The position numbers and the translations under genes were made by a program. DNA of 64,000 bases from IMG/VR virus record IMGVR_UViG_3300032046_003126, positions 23,182-87,181 of that record; one strand, given 5' to 3'. The stretch is from a virus. Shown in pieces: positions 30,229-39,749 of this stretch; position 1 is the first letter of the stretch; every line of letters begins with the position of its first letter. The notes beneath the pieces are model-generated. The model made no database searches. It saw only the letters and a list, made by a program, of their open reading frames with translations, and was not told the DNA's origin.

Positions 30229-33200
30229 TGAAAAAAGAAATTAAAATAATACAAATAAGTGATTTACACTGGCGCGGAAATACACGTCATGAAGAATATA
30301 CAAAATCTTTTGAGTTGTTGTTTGAACAGTTAAAAGAAATTAAACCAGATTTTATTGTTTGTACAGGAGATGTATTTCATACTAAAACCCAAGGACTCAC
30401 AAATGAGGTTGTTGAACGTATGGCATGGATGTTTAGAAGCTTGGACAAGATAGCTCCCGTTAGGACAATACTTGGAAATCACGACGGAAACCTTAAGAAC
30501 GAACAAAGACAAGACGCTGTTACGCCTATTTTTGAAGCAATTGGTTCTGAACCAAGAAATATTTTATATAAAAAATCTGGAAACTATATCGAGCAATTCG
30601 ATGATAGAATTAATTGGTGTGTATTTTCTTGTTTTGACAAAGAAAATTGGAATTTGGTATCTCCACAAAAAGACAAAATCAATATAGCACTATACCACGG
30701 AAGTATTTCGGGTTGCGTTGTAGGAAGCAATCACTCTTTAGAACATGGAGAAGAAAGTATTTCCAAGTTTACCAAATATGATTTTGGTTTATTTGGGGAT
30801 ATTCACAAAACTCAATTTCTTTCTTACAGAAAAGACAAAAACAAAAAAGATAAACCATGGGCCGGGTATCCTGGTTCTTTAATTCAACAAAATCATGGAG
30901 AAGAAGAACAAAAGGGATTTCTTTTATGGACAATAAGAGATACCAAAGATTGGGATGTGAACTTCATTGAAGTAGAGAATGAACGACCATTTTTTACATC
31001 TGAATGGAACACCTCAGTAAAAGGTACTGTTGATTTAATTTTAGAAAAAAGAAAGATAATTAAACAAAATTCTAGAATAAGAATTTTTTCTAATAAAAAA
31101 ATATCGGCTATAGAAGTAAAACAATTAACCGAAATATTAAAAAAAGATTATCAAGCCGAAGAAGTATCTTTTAAAATAGATACAAAGGAAAAAATAGATA
31201 AAATAAAAACAGGAAACGTAGAAGCATCAAAAGATAATTTGAGAACAAACACCGAGGTCATTGTTGATTTATATAGAGAATTTGTTGATAAAAATAAAAA
31301 GAAAAATTCATTATCTGAAGAAAATATGCTAATAGCCGAAGAAACAATCAAGGCTTATATTAAAAAAATCGAAGAGGACAACCCAGACGAATCGGCCAAA
31401 AATGTTGTTTGGGATTTGAAAAAAATTGAATTTGATAATGTTTTTAGATATGGCGAAGGTAATTGTATAAATTTCGATAACTTAAGTGGGATTGTTGGTA
31501 TTTTTGGTCCTAATAGAATAGGTAAGAGTTCAATACCAGGAGCTTTAATGTATGGATTGTTCAATACAACCGATCGTGGCCCAATGAAAAATGGCCACAT
31601 GATTAAAGAAGGAACCAGAGAGTGTAAAGCAAAAGTACAATTCCAAGTAAATGAAGAAATGTTTTTCGTAGAACGATCTTCGGCATTAGAAGAATCAAAA
31701 AAGAAAACAATAGATGATTCATATAAAACAAGTACAGATTTAAATTTTTATAAAATTGACAAGGAAGACAATATTGTTTCTCTTAATTTAGACGATCGTG
31801 ACAATACAGATAAAAACATAAGAAAAACAATAGGAACAGCAGAAGATTTTCTCATGACATCTTTTTCATCTCAAGGTGACATTAATAGATTTATCAATGA
31901 AGGTTCTACAAAAAGAAAAGAATTGTTGTCAAAATTTCTAAATTTAGATATTTTCAAAACTCTATCGGTTATTGCCAAAGAAGATTTAAATTCTTACAAT
32001 GCAATAGCTAAAAAATATATTAGTATAAATTTCGACCAAGATATTAAAGATTTAGGAAATCAAATAAGTGAAAATAATTCTTTATTAGAATTATATGAGA
32101 ATAAAATTCTTGAAACAGAAAACAAATTACAAGATATAAAAACACAATTGTTAATTTATGAACAAAAATTTGATTTTGATTCCTTAAGAACTCTTGAAAG
32201 AGATTTGGAACAAAAAGAAAAAGAATATCAAACAATAAAAAATCTAAAAGAAGAAACTGAAACTAATATAACCAATGTTAGAAAACAAGAAATAAATCTA
32301 AAAAAACAACTGGATTCTTTAGATATACAAAGCCTGGAAGAGAAGATTGAGAAGATGCAGTCTTTAAGGGCTCTAGCAGCCGACATACAGGCTTCTTTTA
32401 AGATAGAGACTAATACATTAGAGCAACAAGAGAAAACGCTTAAAAAGCTAACTGTGGTGCCTTGTGGTGATTCATATCCAACTTGCACCTATATCAAGGA
32501 TGCACATGAAAATAAAACACTGATCGTAGAACAACAAAGCAAAGTCTCGGAGTTAAAAAATAAGTTAAAAGACTTTGAGTTAATAGCAAAAGAATTTATA
32601 GAACAAAAAATTGCAGAAAAATATAAAGAAAGTAAATTGTTAACAGAACAATTAACACAGTTTAAAAATAAATCAGATGTTTTAAATGAAAGATTTAATA
32701 ATATTAATTTATCTAAAATAATAGAAGAAAAAAATAAAATTAATGATAAATTAAATAAAACAAAACAAAAAATAAATTCTGATGATTTAGGAAAAAAAGA
32801 AGATTTGCAAGAATCACACAAGGTTTTATCTTCACAAATGAGAGAATTTATTAATAATAAAAACGAATCTCTAATTTCTGTAGGTTCTTTGAATCAAAAA
32901 ATGCAGACTGCCGTTCTTCAAAAGAAAGAATTGGCAGATTTAATAGAAAAAACAAATATCCAACAAACTGTATATAATGCGTTTTCTAAAACAGGTATAC
33001 CAACCATGGTCCTAGAATCACAACTTCCTGCTATAAATCAAGAATTGCAAAAAATTCTAGCAGGAGTATCTGATTTTCAAATTGAAATAGTGGCTTCATC
33101 TACTTCAAATGCAATGGATGTTTATATTATCAACGGAACATCAAGAAGAATAATCGAAACTGCATCAGGGATGGAAAAAATGTTATGCTCTCTTGCTCTA

Positions 33201-33434
33201 CGTGTTGCCTTGAATAACTTATCTTCTATGCCTAAATCAAATATATTTATCATAGATGAAGGATTTGGAGTATTAGATGAACAAAATATTAGCTTATGTT
33301 TACAAATGTTAAATACTTTAAAAACTTATTATAAAACAATTTTAATCATAACTCATATATCTGAAGTAAAAGAAATTGTGGATAACATTATCGAAATTAA
33401 AGATTTCAACGGAGAATCTTATGTCTATATCTGA
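30228..33434 (+). CDS. Fused Mre11/SbcD nuclease - Rad50/SbcC ATPase (gp47-gp46-like)
   Basis: SDLHW, TGDVFH, GNHD, YHG, GDIH, YPGS phosphoesterase motifs; Walker A GPNRIGKSS, Q-loop SSQG, coiled coil, ASGMEK signature, IIDEGFG, ITH in one ORF. Confidence 0.9.
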   Translation: MKKEIKIIQISDLHWRGNTRHEEYTKSFELLFEQLKEIKPDFIVCTGDVFHTKTQGLTNEVVERMAWMFRSLDKIAPVRTILGNHDGNLKNEQRQDAVTPIFEAIGSEPRNILYKKSGNYIEQFDDRINWCVFSCFDKENWNLVSPQKDKINIALYHGSISGCVVGSNHSLEHGEESISKFTKYDFGLFGDIHKTQFLSYRKDKNKKDKPWAGYPGSLIQQNHGEEEQKGFLLWTIRDTKDWDVNFIEVENERPFFTSEWNTSVKGTVDLILEKRKIIKQNSRIRIFSNKKISAIEVKQLTEILKKDYQAEEVSFKIDTKEKIDKIKTGNVEASKDNLRTNTEVIVDLYREFVDKNKKKNSLSEENMLIAEETIKAYIKKIEEDNPDESAKNVVWDLKKIEFDNVFRYGEGNCINFDNLSGIVGIFGPNRIGKSSIPGALMYGLFNTTDRGPMKNGHMIKEGTRECKAKVQFQVNEEMFFVERSSALEESKKKTIDDSYKTSTDLNFYKIDKEDNIVSLNLDDRDNTDKNIRKTIGTAEDFLMTSFSSQGDINRFINEGSTKRKELLSKFLNLDIFKTLSVIAKEDLNSYNAIAKKYISINFDQDIKDLGNQISENNSLLELYENKILETENKLQDIKTQLLIYEQKFDFDSLRTLERDLEQKEKEYQTIKNLKEETETNITNVRKQEINLKKQLDSLDIQSLEEKIEKMQSLRALAADIQASFKIETNTLEQQEKTLKKLTVVPCGDSYPTCTYIKDAHENKTLIVEQQSKVSELKNKLKDFELIAKEFIEQKIAEKYKESKLLTEQLTQFKNKSDVLNERFNNINLSKIIEEKNKINDKLNKTKQKINSDDLGKKEDLQESHKVLSSQMREFINNKNESLISVGSLNQKMQTAVLQKKELADLIEKTNIQQTVYNAFSKTGIPTMVLESQLPAINQELQKILAGVSDFQIEIVASSTSNAMDVYIINGTSRRIIETASGMEKMLCSLALRVALNNLSSMPKSNIFIIDEGFGVLDEQNISLCLQMLNTLKTYYKTILIITHISEVKEIVDNIIEIKDFNGESYVYI

Positions 33435-33723
33435 AAATAAAATAAAAACACTATGTGGTGGAAAAATCGTAGTAATAATTCCTGAGACCCAAGACCAAAC
33501 AGTCCCTTTGTTTTGTGACCTGTGTTTATTTCCTATGAAAACACTAGAAGATTCACTTTCTTATAAAAAAAACAAGTGTTGTTCTATTTGTGAAATGAAG
33601 TGGTCTAAAACAATTTTTGGTAATTGGGACGAAGGTTGGAGGCCAACAAAAGAAGTACAAGGTTGGAATGAATATTTAGAAGAAAGAAAATTACTTAATA
33701 GACCAGTATTTAATTTAAGGTAA
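33421..33723 (+). CDS. Hypothetical zinc-finger protein
   Basis: CDLC...CCSIC...WDEGWRP; ATG at 33421 after GGAG. Confidence 0.55.
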   Translation: MSISENKIKTLCGGKIVVIIPETQDQTVPLFCDLCLFPMKTLEDSLSYKKNKCCSICEMKWSKTIFGNWDEGWRPTKEVQGWNEYLEERKLLNRPVFNLR

Positions 33724-33730
33724 AATAAAA

Positions 33731-34132
33731 ATGACTGTAAAAAATTACAACAAGTATCTAGAACTTTCAAAAGTATTCAACGAAACCTTTGGAGCAAAAA
33801 ATAAAATGGATAATACCGTATTCACAGATATGGTAAGAACAAGACTTATTGATGAAACAAAAGTTAGTGTCATGTACATCACTGTTGTAAATCTTCAAAG
33901 AGAAGACCAGTGGCTCGAATTATCAAATAAATTCACCAGTGATGCCGTAGAAATAATAAGAAATTATCTTAAAAAAGCAACAGAGGAATATAAAAAAAAT
34001 ACGGATGATAAAATTAAGTTTACAATAGATTCAAAGTCTGTTAAGTTCGATGTAGAGTTTCTAAACTACAATATATTAAGGACAAACAGGAATGCATACT
34101 TCAGAGTTTATTGCGACGCCGAAATCGACTAA
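33731..34132 (+). CDS. Hypothetical protein
   Basis: 133-aa ORF in operon. Confidence 0.5.
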   Translation: MTVKNYNKYLELSKVFNETFGAKNKMDNTVFTDMVRTRLIDETKVSVMYITVVNLQREDQWLELSNKFTSDAVEIIRNYLKKATEEYKKNTDDKIKFTIDSKSVKFDVEFLNYNILRTNRNAYFRVYCDAEID

Positions 34133-34796
34133 AGAAATAATTTTATTGTCTGTTTTGAACGAATATCCTTTTAATCCTCTTGAAAAAGATAAAGAATATT
34201 TAGGATTAAATTATTGCCAAAAAACAATATTTGAATTAGATTTTAAAAAAGAAAAAATAATTTTTTTAAAAGAAAGACAAAAAGGTTGTACGGTCGCTCT
34301 GTTAGCTCATGCGGTGGAATCGTTAAAACAAAATAAAAATTATTCTATTTTGTTTTTAACAGAATCATCAATGATTGAGTTATATAAGACTTATTGTTTG
34401 TTTCTCATGGGCGACAAGAATAACACAAAACACATAAAAAATAAAATAAAAATAAATAATTCTTCTATTGAATTTAGTAGTGGAAAACATATCAATAATA
34501 ATTTCTTTCATGGCAAAACATATGATCTTGTTGTTTGGGATGAAATTCGTATAAAAGAATTTTTACTTCTTAAATCAAATTTTAATAAAAATTTCATTGG
34601 AACAAGTACCATCTTAGATAATAATATTAAAATTATCCCTGACAGATATTGTAATTTACATATTTTTAAAGATTTATGGAATATAAATGAACCAAATTTA
34701 AACGTTTTGCCTGTATATTTACAATTACTACCAGATCTAACACAAGAATCTGAATTCGTAGGTAAAAGTTTAATAGAAAATTATGGCAGATTCTAA
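34092..34796 (+). CDS. Degenerate terminase-ATPase-like protein
   Basis: YCQ..., IIFLKERQKGCT (cf. KSRQLGLST), NNSSIEF (cf. NGSKIK), HGKTYDLVVWDE (cf. Walker B). Confidence 0.6.
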   Translation: MHTSEFIATPKSTKEIILLSVLNEYPFNPLEKDKEYLGLNYCQKTIFELDFKKEKIIFLKERQKGCTVALLAHAVESLKQNKNYSILFLTESSMIELYKTYCLFLMGDKNNTKHIKNKIKINNSSIEFSSGKHINNNFFHGKTYDLVVWDEIRIKEFLLLKSNFNKNFIGTSTILDNNIKIIPDRYCNLHIFKDLWNINEPNLNVLPVYLQLLPDLTQESEFVGKSLIENYGRF

Positions 34797-35379
34797 TAAA
34801 AAAATTCAACGTAAACAAGATCAAATTGAAGAAATAATAAAATGCGGAAAAGAACCTTCTTATTTTATTAAAAACTATGTTAAAATACCTCATCCAATGA
34901 GAGGACTTGTTCCTTTTGAGACATTCCCATATCAGGACGATTGTTTGGAAATGTTTCAATCTCACAGACTCGTTATCACTAATAAGTCTCGTCAGTTAGG
35001 GTTATCCACAATATCTGCCGCATATGCCCTGTGGATGTCTTTGTTTTATAAAGAAAAAAACATAATAGTAATTGCAACAAAATTGGAAACAGCAAAAGAA
35101 TTTATCGTTAAAGTTAAAACAATGCTTGATTCCCTACCACCATGGTTAGTTCTACCAAAACTAACAGGAGAGTCTGTTAGATATCTTAATTTTTCTAATG
35201 GTTCTAAAATAAAAGCAATGTCTACATCAAAAGACGCAGGCCGTTCTCAGGCCGCATCCATAATTATTATAGATGAGTGTTTGGATGCTACTAGTAAGAT
35301 AACTCTACGAAATAAACTGACAGGCGAAATGAAAGAAATTTCAATTGTCGATTTGTTTAATGAAGAAATATATGAATAA
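34783..35379 (+). CDS. terL: Terminase large subunit, N-terminal fragment fused to split-intein N half
   Basis: EIIKC..P.YFIKNYVKI.HP.RG, FPYQ, KSRQLGLST (Walker A region), GRSQAASIIIIDE (Walker B), then C-initiated intein fragment and stop. Confidence 0.92.
   Translation: MADSNKKIQRKQDQIEEIIKCGKEPSYFIKNYVKIPHPMRGLVPFETFPYQDDCLEMFQSHRLVITNKSRQLGLSTISAAYALWMSLFYKEKNIIVIATKLETAKEFIVKVKTMLDSLPPWLVLPKLTGESVRYLNFSNGSKIKAMSTSKDAGRSQAASIIIIDECLDATSKITLRNKLTGEMKEISIVDLFNEEIYE
35278..35376 (+). mobile_element. Split intein N-fragment (IntN, 33 aa)
   Basis: CLDATSKITLRNKLTGEMKEISIVDLF = intein block A directly after Walker B DE; ORF stops after 33 aa. Confidence 0.88.
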
Positions 35380-35464
35380 AAAAATATATGTCTGTATGTT
35401 CTTTATAAGAAATTTTGTTATGTTAACATTCTCACATGAATATTAAAATTATAGATGGAGAATT

Positions 35465-37429
35465 ATGACCAAACAAAGAGAAATTTTATCAAACGGAATT
35501 CTTTTTAATTGTGAGTTATGTGATAAAAAAGATATGAAATCAACAGGGTTTTCGAATCATGTTAATAGTATGCATGTGAAAAAAGAAAATATTTCTTCTT
35601 TAGAAGAATATTATAAGTTATATATAAATTTAAAATGGGGCAATTCAAATAATTTATGTAAATTTTGTAATAAAGAAACAAAGTTTATGTCAATTTTCGA
35701 AGGATACTCAGAGTTTTGCTCGCATCAGTGTTCGGTGTCTACTACTGAACATAAAGAATTAATTAAAGTAAATTATAAAATTTCTATGTTGGAAAAATAC
35801 GGAGTAGAACATTCAAGTAAACTTTCTGGATTTGGTGATAAGGTTAAAGCTACTAAGCTAAAAAAACATGGGGATGAAAATTTTAACAATATTGAAAAAG
35901 CAAAATTAACTAATCTGGGTCGCTATGGTGTAGAAAATTATGCTAAATCTAATGAATATGTTGAAAAAACAAAAGCAACATCACTGGAAAAATATGGTGT
36001 AGAACACTTTACACAAAACGAAGAAGTTAAAAACAAAACAAAACTAACTAATTTAGATCGTTATGGTTTTGAAAATCCAATGAAAAACGTTGAAATATAT
36101 AATAAATCAAAAGAAACTAATTTAAAAAGATATGGCGTAAAACATGCTACTCAATATGAATTTTTTAGAAATAAAACAAAAAAAACTTTAATGGAAAAAT
36201 ATGGAGTTGACAGTCCTTTAAAATTATTTCATACAAGATTAAAATCAAAAACATCTATAAGAAAAAAGTTTGAAGATAATTTTAATTTTTTAGAACAAAC
36301 TAAATTAAAACTATTAGATTCAAATGAATTAAAATTTAAATGTCTTGTTTGTAACAATGATTTTATTTTTGAACCCGAAGGGGAATATAAATATTTATCT
36401 TCTAATTCTTCTACACCTTCAAGGTTTCCTCATTGTAAAATATGCAATCCCGTTGGAGCACGAGATGGTTCATCAATTCAAAAAGAAATTTATTCTTATA
36501 TTTGTTCTTTTTTTGATAAAGAGAAAATTAAAATAAACGATAAAAGTATATTAAAAAACATAAACAAACAAGTTGATATTTATATAGAAAATAAAAATAT
36601 TTCTTTTGAAATAAATGGTTTATATTGGCATTCTGAGATTGGCGGCAACAAAGGAAAAACATATCATGTTAATAAAACAAATTTATCAGAAGCAAAAAAT
36701 ATTAAATTAATTCATATTTTTGAAGATGAAATTAATGATAAAAATAAAATAATTAAATCAAAATTAGATTATCTATTAAATAATACAAAAAATTCTAAAT
36801 CAATAGGCGCAAGAAAATGTGTTATTAAAAAAACAAATAAAAAAGAATACTTTGATTTTTATGAAAACAATCACTTACAAGGGAAAGTTATAGGAGGAAA
36901 TATTTCATATGGTGCATTTTATAATAATGAACTTGTTGCCTGTATGACGTTTGGCCAAGAAAGAATTTCTTTAGGCAGCAAGAATCATACAAACAAAAAC
37001 GAGTTTGAGTTGCTTAGATTTTGTACAAAAATAGGATATGTAATTCCTGGTGTAGCGAGCAGGTTATTTAGTCGTTTTATAAAAGAAAATAATCCCAATA
37101 AAATCATATCTTATGCTGATAGAAGATGGAGTAGTTCTATTAATAAAGACACCGTTTATCAAAAACTTGGTTTTACAGAGGTTCATAAATCTGAACCAAA
37201 TTACTTTTATTTGCTTAAAGAAGATAATTATAGGAAAAGACATAACAGATATAAATTTAGAAAATCAGAACTAAATAGGTTATTATCTATATACGACCCA
37301 GCGTTATCAGAGTGGGAAAATATGAAAAATAATGGACACGATAGAATCTGGGATTGTGGGACAATAAAATATGAGTGGAAAAACAAAACCGTACAAGAAA
37401 ATATCGAATTGGGAAGTTCTAACTCCTAA
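35465..37429 (+). CDS. Homing endonuclease between the split-intein halves (Vsr-like nuclease plus Hef/GNAT-like C-terminal domain)
   Basis: C2H2 and CxxC zinc modules, seven (K/R)(Y/H)G repeats, VDIYI...FEINGLYWHSE...LIHIFEDE, then ARKC...NHLQG...ELLRFC...ASRL...SYADRRWS...RIWDCG. Confidence 0.8.
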   Translation: MTKQREILSNGILFNCELCDKKDMKSTGFSNHVNSMHVKKENISSLEEYYKLYINLKWGNSNNLCKFCNKETKFMSIFEGYSEFCSHQCSVSTTEHKELIKVNYKISMLEKYGVEHSSKLSGFGDKVKATKLKKHGDENFNNIEKAKLTNLGRYGVENYAKSNEYVEKTKATSLEKYGVEHFTQNEEVKNKTKLTNLDRYGFENPMKNVEIYNKSKETNLKRYGVKHATQYEFFRNKTKKTLMEKYGVDSPLKLFHTRLKSKTSIRKKFEDNFNFLEQTKLKLLDSNELKFKCLVCNNDFIFEPEGEYKYLSSNSSTPSRFPHCKICNPVGARDGSSIQKEIYSYICSFFDKEKIKINDKSILKNINKQVDIYIENKNISFEINGLYWHSEIGGNKGKTYHVNKTNLSEAKNIKLIHIFEDEINDKNKIIKSKLDYLLNNTKNSKSIGARKCVIKKTNKKEYFDFYENNHLQGKVIGGNISYGAFYNNELVACMTFGQERISLGSKNHTNKNEFELLRFCTKIGYVIPGVASRLFSRFIKENNPNKIISYADRRWSSSINKDTVYQKLGFTEVHKSEPNYFYLLKEDNYRKRHNRYKFRKSELNRLLSIYDPALSEWENMKNNGHDRIWDCGTIKYEWKNKTVQENIELGSSNS

Positions 37430-37748
37430 AGGCTTTAAGTCATTTTCGGGTATTAAAAAAGTAAACAAAGAATATTCTTTAAAATTCACAACAGAATTTG
37501 ACAAAGAAATAACCTGTTCTGGTGGTCATCAACTTTATGTAAAAAGAGAACTAGAAGGTCAAGAGTCTGAGGAAATGTTTTGTTTTGCTGATATGATTGA
37601 GCCTTATACAGATAAAATAAAAAACAAAGTTGGAGAATATGAAACTGTTATTGAGATAGAAAAAACAGAAAAAGAAATTGATTTATTTGATCTTGTTGAT
37701 GTAGAAGATGGATATGAGTATTACGCCAATGATTTATTAAGTCATAAT
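37371..37748 (+). mobile_element. Split intein C-fragment (IntC, 126 aa)
   Basis: EVLTPKGFKSFSGI, block B ITCSGGH, block F/G DLFDLVDVEDGYEYYANDLLSHN followed by Cys+1. Confidence 0.88.
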
Positions 37749-39719
37749 TGTGCTCACATTGAGAACTTTTCTGAGTTGTGGACCGGCCTTCAGCCCACAA
37801 TATCTTGTGTGACTGGTGATACATTAATATTAACAGATAATGGATTTGAAAAAATAGAAGATTTTCATAAAACACATAATGTTGGAGATTATTTTAAACT
37901 AGAAATACCAATTTATGGAAAAAATGGAATGGAAAAAACGTCTCACGGATATGTTTCACCTGAATCAGATACCATTATTATAAGAACCAAACATGGACAT
38001 GAAATAGAATGTACTCTAAAACATCCATTGTTTGTGTATCAAAATGGTAAAAATGATGGAGTGATGATCGAATCTCGAAATATTACGATAGGTAATAAGT
38101 TGAGAATTCAAACAGGAATGAAGTGTTATGGAACCAATACTAAAAACATAACATTATTGGAGGCCAAAAACACAGCATTAAAATATTCCAAGTCATTAAT
38201 TTTTGATGAAAATTTGGATTTAGATAGTGATATCTTGACCGCAAATGAAATATTTGTAAAAAATTATTTAAAAGAACTTATCAAAATCTGTTGTGTGGAA
38301 ACAATAGAAACCATAAATAAAAAAATATTTAAAATAGAAATTAAAAGTAAAGGTTTTATAAAAAAACTTAATTTACTTTTTCATAACGATGGATATAAAT
38401 CATATATTTTAAAAGAAAAAGAAAAAATCTTTCTTTGTGTTCCATTTGAAGAAACGAAAGATAATTTTTATTGGGATGAAATTGTTTCTATTGATAAATC
38501 TAAAAATAAAACATATGATTTTACAGTTCCAAAAACACATACTTTTTTACAAAACGGAATTTTAGGAAGCAACACAGGAGGCTCTGCTATTTTAATTTCT
38601 ACTCCTTTGGGAATTGGAAATCAATTCCATAGCATATGGGCAAAAGCAACAGATAAAAACTTTGACCCGGCCAATATTAAAACAAACGAAGAGGGTTCAA
38701 ATAAGTTTTATGCGATAGAATTACCATGGACAGTACATCCCGAAAGAGATCAAGAATGGTATGAATCGCAGTGTTCCGAGTTGGGAAATGATCCTCGTCG
38801 TATTTCCCAGGAACTTTTATGTGCTTTTAATTCATCTGGTAACAATTTCATTGACAGTAAAATATTAGAATATTTAAAAACACAACTTAAAACTCCAATT
38901 GCGAGATATGGCAATGGCAACGATATGAATATATGGGAATATGCAAAACCAGGCCATAAATATATAATCTCAGCTGACGTAGCTCGTGGAGATTCGGAAG
39001 ATTTTTCAACAGCTTGGATTATAGATGCAGACACTAATATCTGTGTAGCTGATTTTAAAAGCAAAATACCTCCTGATAGATTTGCAGAATTTTTAGTTGA
39101 TATTGGAGAAAAATACAACAAAGCATTTATTGTCAACGAGATTAATAGTGTCGGGGTAGCTACTTCTTTTGCGTTGAAGACATTAAAATATCAAAATTTA
39201 TATTTTGAAAAACTCTTTAATGGTTCAATTGAAAACAACTATACACAAGATATGATAGGAGACTTAATCCCAGGATTTAATACTAATGTTAAATCCAGAG
39301 TAGAAATAATGACAAAATTTGAGGCTGCAATAAGAAATAAAGAAATACAAGTATATTCTGATAGGCTTATTAAAGAACTCGAAACATTTATTTGGGATGG
39401 GAAAAAAGCAAAGGCTTTAAAAGGCTACAATGACGACTTAATAATGGCGTTAGCAATAGGAGTTAACTTTATCAATTGGGGGGCCGCTAGAAGCACGTAT
39501 GACGATGGTGCAAGTATAATGGCTATGATTCAAGGAATGTCAAAGAACTCTAGAACTCTAGAACAATTAACCAAACAACAATCAGAGCCCAATACAGTAG
39601 ATTGGGGTAATATTGGCTTTGATCTGCCATCCAAGGGAAGTATTTATTCTAATTCTAATACTAAAAATAATATTTTTGTAGGAGGAACAAGAATTCCAAG
39701 TTGGATTAAACAAAGTTAA
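37371..39719 (+). CDS. terL: Terminase large subunit, C-terminal fragment (IntC + 19-aa extein + second intein + motif III and nuclease domain)
   Basis: After removing inteins: CAHIENFSELWTGLQPTIS-TGGSAILISTPLG, LPWTVHPERD, QELLCAF, YIISADVARG...DFS, VNEINSVG, GYNDDLIMALAI. Confidence 0.92.
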   Translation: MSGKTKPYKKISNWEVLTPKGFKSFSGIKKVNKEYSLKFTTEFDKEITCSGGHQLYVKRELEGQESEEMFCFADMIEPYTDKIKNKVGEYETVIEIEKTEKEIDLFDLVDVEDGYEYYANDLLSHNCAHIENFSELWTGLQPTISCVTGDTLILTDNGFEKIEDFHKTHNVGDYFKLEIPIYGKNGMEKTSHGYVSPESDTIIIRTKHGHEIECTLKHPLFVYQNGKNDGVMIESRNITIGNKLRIQTGMKCYGTNTKNITLLEAKNTALKYSKSLIFDENLDLDSDILTANEIFVKNYLKELIKICCVETIETINKKIFKIEIKSKGFIKKLNLLFHNDGYKSYILKEKEKIFLCVPFEETKDNFYWDEIVSIDKSKNKTYDFTVPKTHTFLQNGILGSNTGGSAILISTPLGIGNQFHSIWAKATDKNFDPANIKTNEEGSNKFYAIELPWTVHPERDQEWYESQCSELGNDPRRISQELLCAFNSSGNNFIDSKILEYLKTQLKTPIARYGNGNDMNIWEYAKPGHKYIISADVARGDSEDFSTAWIIDADTNICVADFKSKIPPDRFAEFLVDIGEKYNKAFIVNEINSVGVATSFALKTLKYQNLYFEKLFNGSIENNYTQDMIGDLIPGFNTNVKSRVEIMTKFEAAIRNKEIQVYSDRLIKELETFIWDGKKAKALKGYNDDLIMALAIGVNFINWGAARSTYDDGASIMAMIQGMSKNSRTLEQLTKQQSEPNTVDWGNIGFDLPSKGSIYSNSNTKNNIFVGGTRIPSWIKQS
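37806..38573 (+). mobile_element. Contiguous intein (256 aa) with eroded LAGLIDADG region
   Basis: CVTGDTLILTDNG (block A), IECTLKHPLF (block B), WDEIVSI...TYDFTVPKTHTFLQNGILGSN|T (blocks F/G). Confidence 0.9.
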
Positions 39720-39749
39720 AAACAAACATGGTCTTGTAAAAGATTTTCG

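Noticed and set aside
35380-37370. Group I intron interrupting terL
   Set aside because: The gap before the endonuclease is only ~85 nt of AT-rich sequence and the endonuclease overlaps the downstream ORF, leaving no room for a ribozyme core; intein motifs on both sides explain the break
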